Positions 38,858-50,800 of a DNA stretch of 64,000 nt are shown piece by piece. The notes beneath the pieces are model-generated. The model was not told the origin of the DNA. It searched no databases and worked only from the letters and a program-made list of their open reading frames with translations. The stretch comes from Scyliorhinus canicula. Its lineage: Eukaryota. The stretch spans positions 13,326,546 through 13,390,545 of the forward strand of contig NC_052158.1 of the NCBI RefSeq assembly GCF_902713615.1, written 5' to 3'. Every line of letters begins with the position of its first letter. Position 1 is the first letter of the stretch. The position numbers and the translations under genes are program-made.

Positions 38858-41800
38858 GTAAGTAATCTGCACCCGAGCTCTCTCGTTAGTCTATCAATAA
38901 GCACACACACACACACATGTACATATCCACATAGATACTTTTTATCGAGGTATATATACACACACATATACATATCTACACATAACTTCTGAAGAGGCAT
39001 GCATAAACGTATATGGACATAAATTAAATATTTATAGTGCCCATACACACGCTTCAATTAGCGATATACATACATAGGCAAAGACAGACAGACACACACG
39101 CACACACACACACACATGGTGGATGCGTAGATTCTGATACGCTGGCGACAGGGCCGGTGCTAGGAATTGCGGGCCCAATTAGAAAAGTGATGGCGGCCCC
39201 TACTCTACAAAAGTAAAAATTTATGTATGTTTATATTTCGTGTAGTATGCTGGTCTTTAACCAAAACAAAACATTAAATGCTTGATATACTAAAATTTTG
39301 AAACTTACTTACCCGGGCGGAAGGATTTGGCGGCGCAGGGCTGAAGGATTTGTCCCCAAAAGTAAAAACCACCCTATAGTTCCTCTTAGAATACAGAAAA
39401 GGCTTCAAACGGTAACTCTGTCGCCGCTGGCGCGGCCCCCTTAAGGTGTGGGGCCCAATTTGATGAAATTGGTCAAATAGGCTTAAAACCGGCCCTGGCT
39501 GGCGAGGTTCCTACATTACGAACACGGATTAAACGCCTCACGGCCGCTGGCGAAATTCACGTTCAGTAATGTAATAAAATAGACTTTTTTAAAGCCACAA
39601 TGAAAAACTAGTGTCAGGGATAGTGGCTATGAAATCATAACAGACTTTCTGGTTCACTGAATCTGGCCTACATGTGGCACCAGATCCACAGCAAAGGGGG
39701 TTTACTTTTAAGTGCCCTCAAACGCAATTTGGGATGACAGTAGACGCTGGCGTTGTCCGTGCCGCCTACGAAAATAATAATCTAAGCGTAGGTGTGGTCA
39801 AACCGATGTTTTATTTTATTGGGTCTTTGGCACAATAAAGCACTTCCAAAACACGGTGGTAACATTAACTGCTAAAGAATTGAAAGCAATTCTCGGAAGT
39901 GCTGTTGCAAATGATGCTGTCATTTATGCTCTGGAGGGCTGGAGAAGGCAATTCAAAGCTTTCCAGAAAGCATCCTTGGTCCATATAGTATGCGCCATTA
40001 TAGTTTCGGAATAGATAAGCGTCTGCAACCTATCACAGTCAGGAATGCGAGGGACCTAAGAGCCAGGTTATTTCAGGAGCGATGGCAGTGTAATTAATTC
40101 TCGTTGGGCTCCAGCGACGTTGGGCTCCAGCGACGTTGCCGATCAGACACATGAGAATTCAACAGAAAATCATTTCCTAACTTGCGCTTGCCTCCATGCG
40201 ACCAAGGGTCTCATTATGCAGATGCAAACGGCCTCTTCGCCTATACTTATTTGATGCTCGATGACATCTGAATATTTAAAAAGAGGCAGACGGAGAAATA
40301 TGGGGCAAGTGTGATTTTGTTCACTGACATTGACAGGAACCCAGAATGGTTACAGCTCAAAATCGGCCATTCGGTCCATTGACTCTATGGCCCCCTGAAG
40401 GAGTAACACACTGAATGCGATTCGCCTACCTTCTCTCCAGAATCCATCACATTCTTGGATTTCAGATATCAACCCGAAAGTCCTTTGAATTCCTCGATAG
40501 AACCTGCCTCCACTATACCCTCACGCCACGGATTGCAGACTTTCAATATCTGCTGCCTGAAAAAAAATCCTCATGTTTCCATTCCTTCTTTTGCCGATTA
40601 CCTTAATCTGTGCCCTCTGGTTCTCTGGTCTATTTTCATAACTGAAGCACCTCAAGTTCGTGAATATTTTCTGCACTCTCTTCAATCCTTCAAATCCTTA
40701 CCAAAATCTTGTGACCAGAACTGGACACAATACTCCAGTTGAGGCCAAACTATTGTTCTATATATGTTTGACATAACCTCCTTCCTTTTGTACTCTGTGA
40801 GCCATTAATAATGGTGCAGCTCTAGGGGCTGCACGTGGCGCAGTGGTTAGCAGTGGGACTGCGGCGCTGAGGACCCGGGTTTGAATCTCGTCCCTGGATC
40901 ACTGTCGGGGTGGGGTACACCCCCGCAACCCAAATATGTGCAGGTTAGGTGAATTGGCCACGCCAAATTGCTCCATAATTGGAAAAAATATAATTGTTGT
41001 ATTTTTGAATAGCAGTTCTATAATCCCGTCCTGCCATCTTCAAGGACTAATGTGCATACACATCTCTGTTGCTGCAGTTGTATCCTTTATTTTATCTCCT
41101 CTCATCATATTATTTCTGGGCGGCACGGTTGGCACAGCAGCAGGCTACCTCACAGCGCCAGGGACCGGGTTCACCTCCCACCTTGGACTCTCTGTTTCTG
41201 CATGGTTTCCTCCGGGTGCTCTGGTCCCGCCCACAGTCCAAAGATGTGCAATTTGGTGGATTGGCTAAATTGTCCCATAGTTTCCAAAGGTTAGGTGGGG
41301 TTACGGGGATAGAACGGGGCAGTGCACCCATATGGTGTCAGCAGACTCCTTCTGCACCGTAGGGATACTATGGTTTCTACCGGAGCGAATCACTTCACAA
41401 GTCTCTGCATTTAATTTAGATTCTCCGGTCCGCTAGCCGCGTGATTCTCGGCGGCGACAGTCCCGCCGTTTGTCCCATTGATGCCACCCAAGCTGCCGGG
41501 AAACCTGAGTGTGGGGAGGTGCTGCGAGTGGGAAAACTGAATCCTGCTGACCGCTTACTGTTTCTACTTATCGATTTTGTTGACATATAAGTTGCCCCTT
41601 ATATGCAAAAGAAAAGTCTGGCTAAAAAAACAGCGTACCACTAATGCGCATTAGCAACTCACCGGCCTGAGTGAAAACCTGGAATTGAGTTTGGTCGTTA
41701 TTGAAGAAAACGCCCGACTTCCGTCCAATTTGGTTTATAATTTATCGCGATGTTTATGCTCCCATCGGCAAGTTGGTAACTTAGCCATCCGAATTCGTAT

Positions 41801-44800
41801 CAGACATAATTAGCATCATACTGCAATATTCACGCTTCTGACTCGCTGGCGATAACAAAGTGTAGCATATTTGAAATCAGCGAATTATTCAGCAGCGACG
41901 CTGTCAGTTCAGACACGATAATATATTCCCATCCAATGATGGACAGCTGCAGACACGCTGTTCCTTTTGATTGGTGGTGCAGACGAAGGGGTAGAAAGCA
42001 AGCTGCCATATAGCATATCGTGAGATTGACTAAATTCTGAATTCAAGCTACAAAATCCTGGGTGGACTCAGTTTTCAGGCAGCACTAGTGTAAACCCTGG
42101 CGAAAAACGCAAACTGTAAGTATTTCAACTCTAGCAAACTGAGGCGTTATACGCTATGACGCCGAACTGCGTGTTGCTATTTGCAGCATCTGCAATCATC
42201 TGTAATTCTGAGCAAATGTTTTTGGGTGCAATTCTCTGGAACTCAAAGAAGAACAATGTAGTGGGGCCTTGGATATTAATGAGGTTGTTTTATGCTTACA
42301 GGAGTTACGGACTCGAGTGTTACAGTCAAGCAAACACCGATTTCGACCCGCGTTGCAGAAGGCGACACCTTACACCTGCATTGTAGTTTTAGTGTGAGTG
42401 CGGCCGAGTCAGGAAATACGTCCATCGGTTCACTTATTTGGTATAAAGATTCCGTGAACAATATAATTAATAGAAACTGCACAGAATATATGGGACGTGT
42501 TCAGCAATCCGATGTGTCTTTCTTCCGGAAATTTAAAAACGCATCCATATCAATAACCAACATGAATCTCAACGAATCAGGAAGGTATTACTGCGAGGTG
42601 GAACTTAACATCGGTGGAAAGGGGACAGGAGAAGGAACAAATGTCACAGTGAAGCGTGAGTTGGCATTATCGTATAGTTTGCACCTGCAGATTCATTCTG
42701 CTTCCAAAAAGATACTTAAGTGGAAACTGGGGATAATTAAACCGCCGGCACATTGAAATTTCCCTGTTGAAACTTGTCCAAACAAATTGTAAACTGACAG
42801 AATCGAATACTGTCCGAGTATTACACTCTGTCCAAATTTATTGCGCTTTTACAATAGTAGAGAACAATTCCAGGCCCGGTGTAGATCAGGCTTTGACAGA
42901 ATCGGAGAATGGTTACAGCTCAGAAGGAGATTATTCTGGCCACCGTGCCTGTGCAAACCCACTCTGTAATCTCACTGCAAGAGCTTGCCACAGTCCCGGG
43001 AACTTTCCTGAAATTGTATGGCATTTCGTTGTTCACATTAGTTCCTTCTCTTTTAAACCCAGGATGTTCTGTCTCCACTACACTCTGATACAGTGCATTC
43101 CATATCCCAAGTTCTTACTGCGTAAAATGCGTGTCCAAAATTCTATGATCTATGATTAACCTAGGACAAAAGTTCGGCACAATATCGTAGGCTGAAGGGC
43201 CTGTTCTGTGCTGTATTTCTCTATCTAAGGATCAAAGACTAAATCTACGCGTGGAGGTAGAGGGCCTGGCGACCGAACACACTAATACCATTCTTTCCCA
43301 TATGCCCTGTTGGCTGTTTTACAAATCACCTTAAATCTGTGTACTCTGGTTCACGACCCTAACATACTAGGGAAGAGATTCATTCTTCCTACACTGTCCG
43401 GACCCTCATGATTTTGGACAGATCATACAATCGAACCTGGAGATACTTTTCCAAGTAGTATCCGCATCTTCTCTAAAGCCTTGACATCCTTGTAAAAGTA
43501 TGGCACACAGAATTGGGAACAATGTCCCAGTCGAGGCCGGAATCGAGTTTTATAAGTGTTCATCATATTCATCAAAGCTTCATTGATTCATTACTGAGTA
43601 CCTCCATTTATAAAGCCCAGGATCCCACATACTTTTTAAACCACTTCGTCAAGGCGCCTTTCTAATTCCAACGATTTCTGCACACACAACGTATATATTC
43701 CCTGCCGCTCTGTGCTTCTGTAACTTCCTTAAAATTTCGACCTTGATTTTATACAGTCTGTCCTAGTTCCCGTCTAAGATGTATCGATTCACATTCCTCG
43801 GCATTACATTTCACGTGCTCTGTGTCTGCCGTTTCCATCAGCCTGTTTATGTCATCTTGAAGTCTATCACGAACCTCCTTATAGTTCGCAACGTTTGGTG
43901 TCATGTTAACTTCTGTTGGTGTCTATGTGACAAGACAAAAATTATCCTCATTCTGATGCCAGACCTTCATCGAGTCGAAAAAGGTCGTTTGTCGCTTATT
44001 CCCCTATTTGTCATTTAGCCATTCCTTACATTTGTCCTTTGATCACACAATCGTGAACCTTGACACGTTAAATACATGTGGTATATTATTAAACAGCGTT
44101 TGGAAGTGGAAGTCCTGTACTGCATCTATCACTTTACCCTCATATTTTTGTATGTTTTATCACTTTACCCTCATGACCCATCTGAAAATAGATTCTTAAG
44201 ATAGTTAAACACGACTTGACTTGAATAAATGCATGCTGGTTTTCCCTCATAAATCTACACCTGTGGAAGCGACTGGGTCTGTTCCCGGTTATTACCTCGA
44301 AAGATTTGACATCACCAATGTTAAATTGACTGCTCATTTTCTTTTCTTAACGCTACAACACTTGTAGCTCTCCCATTCTCTCAAATGTATTTAAAGAAGA
44401 TGAAACAATTGTGGACAATGCCACGGCAAGTTTCTCCCATGCATCCTGAAACTTCCAGGGATGCATATCATTCGTTATATGGACTTTTGAACTTTATGTA
44501 CAGTCGGTCTTTCGAATACCTCCAGTTATCATTTTTTGACCATATCCAGAGTCTCCGGAAGGGCTCCAAAGGCGCTTTCTTCTAAAAGGAAACAAAGTTC
44601 CACAGCGAGGGCGTTTAGCCGCATGTTTCCAGGCGCCCCGACTCGCCTTGTACAAATGGTCTGAATGGGGAACGCACGTCCGAAACCGCACATGGTTTAG
44701 CGAGAGGCCTCCGAAGCGATCGCCGACCTCCCCACAGCCCGAATGCACTATGGGAGGGGCCAGGGATCCTCCCCGCACCCATAACACCCAAACAGGGCAC

Positions 44801-47800
44801 CCCCAGCCCGATCACGCGCTTGTGCAAAACTGCCAGGTTGGCACCACCACATTGGCATTGCCCGTGCCAGCTGGCGGTGTCGTATTTGCACATTGGCAGT
44901 TCCAGGCTGTCACCCTGGCGGTACCGTCAAGGTGCCAGACTGGCGCTCTCAGGGTGCGCAGATGGCATGGCCAGGATGCCGGGATGGCTACAGCAGTCCC
45001 AGTGCAGCACCCTGCCCAAAGGGAAAGTAGCTGGGGACCGCAGACCCCCCCCCCCCCCCCCCCCCCCCCCCCCGCCACCCCTCCTCCGCCACCACCACCG
45101 CACAATGGTTGCGTTTACAACGCAACGTCTTGCGAGTTCGCGTTGGACCTCCCACACGAGGCGTTGCGAGCTGTGCAGATTCCGGGAGCCGGGTCTATCG
45201 GCTTTTATCGCCCATGCTACCAAAGTTCCATGGGCGCGATTCAATGGCCAGGCTGCGCCCATGCTGCACCATGGGCCATTGAATCGTTCCCATGGGACTT
45301 TGGCATCATCGTATCCTTGTGAATAAAGCATACAAAGCACTAATTTATGCCTGAGCCCCATGTCCCATAGCTCCTTGCGTAGATTACGTCTTTGGTCCTT
45401 AATCTGTCCAGCCCTTTACCTTCTCCCCATTTTCTATTTAAATGCATGTAAACGTGTGGATTCCCTTCATGTTAGCTGTCAACCTTTTCTTCTGGATTCT
45501 CTTTTCGTCGTTGTTTTACTTTTCATCCCCACTCTGTTTTTTCTACTTTCAGCCTGGTTTCTATTTGCACTGACAATAAACTTTAAATGAACGATCATAA
45601 TTTACGCTTCATCTCTCATCTTCTGTTGAGCTCTAACGTTGTTTGCCCTGTTGTTCCACTTGTGAGAATGCACCTCTATTGTACTCAAGTGGCGTAGATT
45701 AATTCACAGGATTGGTAAGGGGGAAGCTACAGGACGTTTAGCCAGCAAACAATGAAGGAACAACAATATATTTGCATGTTGCTTGGCTTGGAGGGAAACT
45801 TCCAGTTGGTGCTGTTCCCATCTCGCACAATGGTCATGGAAGAACATTTCAACTGCTGCACACCACAACCTCAACTCAGACCACAGGTACCCACAACAGC
45901 CATCTGAATGCACGCCCCTTCAGTCGAGCCAGAACGACTGTATACCAAGCCATGAAAGATCCTCGATGCATTGGCCACTTGGTATATGACTTGCCACCTT
46001 GCCGTCCGTCATGCATGCCGAGGACAGCAAGCCAGTGTCACGTAAATTATTTCCCGAAATGACACCCACAGAGCAGAACCTTCCCCTTATTGCGCGCCCA
46101 TGGGAGTTTGTAATGGAGGACACCATGAGTAACATGTGCAACAGTTTGCTTTAACAAATTGTTTCCAGAGGGAAAACAGAAAGGTTATGCAGGTCGGATT
46201 TCGGGAGGTAAAGTAGCTTGAATCACGTGTTGGGCATAAATAGCAGCATACTCCAAGTTGCCCGAAAGGCCTGTTTCTGTGATGTACATCGTAAGTAATT
46301 AAAATGTACCATCTTTGACGTACATTTCCCCTTCTAAAAACTGCAGTTACCAAAATTTAATGGAAAGCATGACGCCTGCAGCTACTTGTCATCAGAAGGA
46401 AATTAATATGAAAGAGAAATGATCCAAAAATCACATGTACTAGTGCTCAAGCTCCAGGACACGTTTCAAATAATGGTGCAGTTGAGAATTTTAGCTTAAA
46501 ATAGTTTATCTTTGTCTATATCAATTCCATACCGTTTTACAGACTTTTAATCCGCTCGGCTGATTTACTGATAGTCGGGAAATTTACATTCAGTAATTAT
46601 ATTCAGGAGGAAAACAAAATAGTATCAGTTTTGAATGCAACCACATCATTGATACAATAATCTATCTGGGTTGGTAATGTGATTTAGGGAAGGAAGCCTT
46701 CAATCCTGACCTGGCTTGAGTCGATATGTGACTCCCGGCAATGATGTGCAGACTTACTGAAATGTGCTTGCCTCTTAACTGTCCTCTGCAAAAGCCGAAT
46801 GTACTATTCAATTATAATGAAGATAGCTTGACATTTCAAGAGCAACTAGGAATGGACAACACATTCTAGCCTAGTCTGTAATACCCAACTGTGTGAGTGC
46901 CACACCCGAAAATTCAGAATTGAATGTCAAGTACTTAATTGTCCCGTAAACATCAGTAACTGCATGCGTCGAATCTTTTGGGGAATAAAGCAATCAACGA
47001 GAGTAACCCACTTTTGTAAAGTTTCAGACGCTGCAGTTTGCAACCAGTTCACGTCACCTTGCTGAAATCATGTGGGTAGACTTCCGAATCGAAGCTATTA
47101 TAAGTTCATGTTACATTCGTCATCAATACCCAGCTGCTCTAACATACAGACGAACATAACGAATTAAGAAGAGGAAAAGGCCGTTCAGTCCCTTTCCCCT
47201 CATGGCGGGCGGATGGGATGGTGACCCCAAATCCACATTCCGCCTGTCACCAGCAACCACTGACTCCTTCGTTAATCGCAATCACGGTGCAGTGGAACGG
47301 GTGACTTCGGTATATTCATTTCTTAAATAAGCGTTATTAAATAAGTGACAGAAAGTGAATTATCTTCATGATCCCTCCTTCATTATGTATTGCCACATGA
47401 CTACAGTTGACAATACTTGTCACTGAGGAGCCAGCATCCCAAGAATATAAATTAGACAAGTCAGGACAGAATGGGGGCATTCTTGTTGTGCGGGGCTTTA
47501 CCATATCTTTCGTTTTATACACGTCTGATATCAAGATGTTAGATGGGCAGAATAGGCAAACAAAATGACGAACCATACGTTCCTCTACCTCGAACAGCAA
47601 GAAACACGACAGCAGGGACATAGATTGCCATTTGCTGTGGCAACCATTCTTATGTTTGGGAAAATCATTCTTTAATGTTGGGTGCGGCAATCAGAATTCG
47701 AGGCACCTTCAGATATGTCAAAATACTGAGAGCAAGCAAAAAACTTACTAGAAATCCAGGCTCCGGCTGCCGTAAAACCTATAATTTATTTGTGTTCCTA

Positions 47801-50800
47801 ACGTTATTCCTAAGCAAATAGACAGTAGAGTGGAGCGAGAGTGAGATGCACAGAACTGGGGACTCCACACCCCATCACACCGCGCACCCAGCCACAGGAT
47901 CCCCAAAGGAATCTTGTATTCACCGAAGTGGCACTTTCTGCTCACCATGTCCCTGCTATTCTGCATCAATGTTCTTGTCTCACAACCTAAGTTGTTGTTT
48001 TTCTCAACTGAAAGATATGGCCAACAATAGCAATCAGCAAAACACAAACGAGGGTGTGGCACGCTATTCTTCCCTTATCTTCTCACAATCTTGGTGCTCT
48101 GTCTTGCACCGAGGGGCTGGAACGTGTCGGCGGTTTTTCAACTGCAGCAGAAAACCAAGGCTTCATGAGAAGCACAGAGGAAGATGGAAATAAAACATTT
48201 TGTTTTGCTTACTCTCTAAAGGTCATGGCCATTCTGATGTGACAGTCCCACCGAGACAAAGGAACAACAATCTGCTTATGTTCTCAGTGCTGGTGTTTGT
48301 GCTGCTCGCCCTCATCGTAATTATATTAACCTATACTCTGCACCGTTGCAGACCTCCAGGTAATTATCCCAAAGTCGATTTTTTAAACAACCTGGAGCGA
48401 AATAAGGCACACCTACTTTTTTTTAAATTGCAGACTATGAATTGCTATTTGTCTGAAGATTAACATCTATCTATGGCATACATTGTAATACACCTACAGT
48501 AACACGGAAATAATCAGCATTATTGATAATCACAATAACGTCGGCATTACCATTATTATTCGTAACTTCCAAAAATTATTTAATAAGGTCACAACATTAA
48601 TTTTACGAATGTAGTTTATATTTTGCCATTTTCAAGCTGTAAATATAATGGTTCGTGTCCTAGGTATATTATAATTCATAGGAAATATGGCCATTCGGCC
48701 GAACCAGTCCATGCCAGTTTTATACTCCACTAAAGTCTCCACCCAACTTTTCTCATCTAAATCACCTATCATTCTAATCACCAATCCTCCCTCATGCTTG
48801 TCTACAATATCCTTACAGAAAACTATACCATTCACGACGGTCATTCCTTGTGGTAGTTAGTCACACCGTCCTACCCGATTTTCAGTAAAAAGGTTTCTTC
48901 TCATTTCCAGATTTGCTGCTCATTATCTTGTACGAATGGCTTCTATTTTTGCACTTCCCCACAAGACGAAAGATCATGTCCGTATTCACGTCTTCAAATT
49001 ATTGTCACCTCTATTGGCTTCAACTGACGAAACAGACAAATCAATCGTAATTTGGATCATACTCAATACACATTTTGTGAAATACTGATCTAACTACAGG
49101 CTGGCTTTGGAGGGTTTGTTATGCGTCTCTGAGTTCTAAAGTCAGGGTCTCTGCTCCTAGAATTTTGATATCCAGGGAAATCTCGGAAGCTTCTTCTTTT
49201 ATGAAGTATTAGTTATTTTTCATAGTAAACAAACCAGGGGCTGGTTTACCTCACTCAGCTAAATCACTGGCTTTTAAAACAGACCAAGCATGTCAGCAGC
49301 ACTGTTCGATTCCCGTACCAGCCGCGCCAGAATGTGGCGACTAGGGGCTTTTCACAGTAACTTAATTGAAGCCTACTCGTAACAATAAGCGTTTTTCATT
49401 TCATTTCATTTCCGACCCAAGCATCAGGTGCCCTCGGAGAGTTTGTTTTCGCTGTTTCAACACGAAATATTATCAGTGAAGAATCCAGATATTCAAATTG
49501 TTGGTCTTCCTTTTCCCACGAAACTAATTACGCTGAATTCCTTCTTTTCACACACAAGTATCTTTCCCTCTTTACTGTCATGCCTCAAGGTCCCACTATG
49601 GCCCTTTCCCTGCCTCAACAAAATCTACCAAAATTTTATATTCCTCTTTTCGCCACTAAACCATCGTTTTCTAAGAGTGCATGGAACCCATCTGTCAATC
49701 CTTTCCTGAGGTGCACATCCATGGAGATCTGGTATCATCCATGTAACTCTTCCCTGCCTCCACTCCAGTGTCTCAGTGTCATTCTTATAACATGTTGACC
49801 AGAACTGCACGCAGTATACAAAGTGCAATGGAAGTGCAAAATTCAGTACAGATTTGGCAACATTTCCGACTTTCCATTCTCTCCCACTAGAAATGGAAAC
49901 CAGTGTCTAACTGGTTTTGCTAACCCGTGGCACAATATTCAGTGAATTCTGTGGGCTCCATTTGTTCCTGTACCCCAGTTAAATTTGACCCTTACAAGTA
50001 AAAGGTGATTTCCCTGTTCTTCCTACTAACATATACTATTTCACATTTTTTTGTGCTGAAATAAATTTGCCCACTATTTTGCCTATTCTGCAACTTTATT
50101 ACAAATCGAGTAATTTGTAGGCGATCTCCTGAGTATTAGCTATCCCCGTTGCATTTCTCTATTCGGTGATTTGTAAACGACAACTTTAAAAAAATGTTTT
50201 TATTGGCATTTTCAATTTTTCAGAGTAAAACATTTGTGTTCGATATTTACAATTTATACAGTTTTTTATGTACATACATCTTCCTTGCTCTCTCTCTCTC
50301 TCCCCCCCCCCTTCCTGTCCCCTCCTTGGTATCCCTCTCTTCCACCCTATCTCTGAGCGCCTGTTCCCCCTCATTTTCCCCTTCCCCAGACTGCCCATAA
50401 CTTTCCTCCTTCGCAGTGTTGATACGGGGATTCTTGGATTGTTAAACACCCCCCTCCCCTCCCCCCACACCCCACACACAAACGCCATGATCATTTTATC
50501 TATGCTATGGATTAAGGCCTTGGGGATGAAGATCCATATGAATCTGAACAGGAAGAGGAACCTGGACAGTACGTTCATTTTGATCATCCACACCCTTCGC
50601 GCCAGTGAGAGGGGGAACATATCCCATCTCCGTAGGTCCTTTTTAACGTCCTCCACCAGACTGGTCAGAATCCACTTGTGGATCCATGACCAGTCGTGGG
50701 CTATCTGGGTCCCCAGATAGTGAAATTTCCTTTAGACTAGTTCCTCCAGCTCTGTTCCGCCACAATTTGGATTCACCGGGAATTCCTTGTTCTTGCCCAT

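Noticed and set aside
42645-42651. RSS heptamer CACAGTG at the end of the V exon
   Set aside because: It is simply the Val-Thr-Val codons inside the J-like strand; no nonamer at 12/23 spacing was seen and the domain is already VJ-joined.
42292-42756. Single-exon 154-aa ORF from the track
   Set aside because: Its Met lies in the intron acceptor and its C-terminus reads through the donor at 42656; only 42302-42655 is exonic.
44615-45361. Overlapping 97-224 aa ORFs with poly-Pro/Gly
   Set aside because: Produced by GC-rich, stop-poor repeat sequence and a poly-C run; no domain features.
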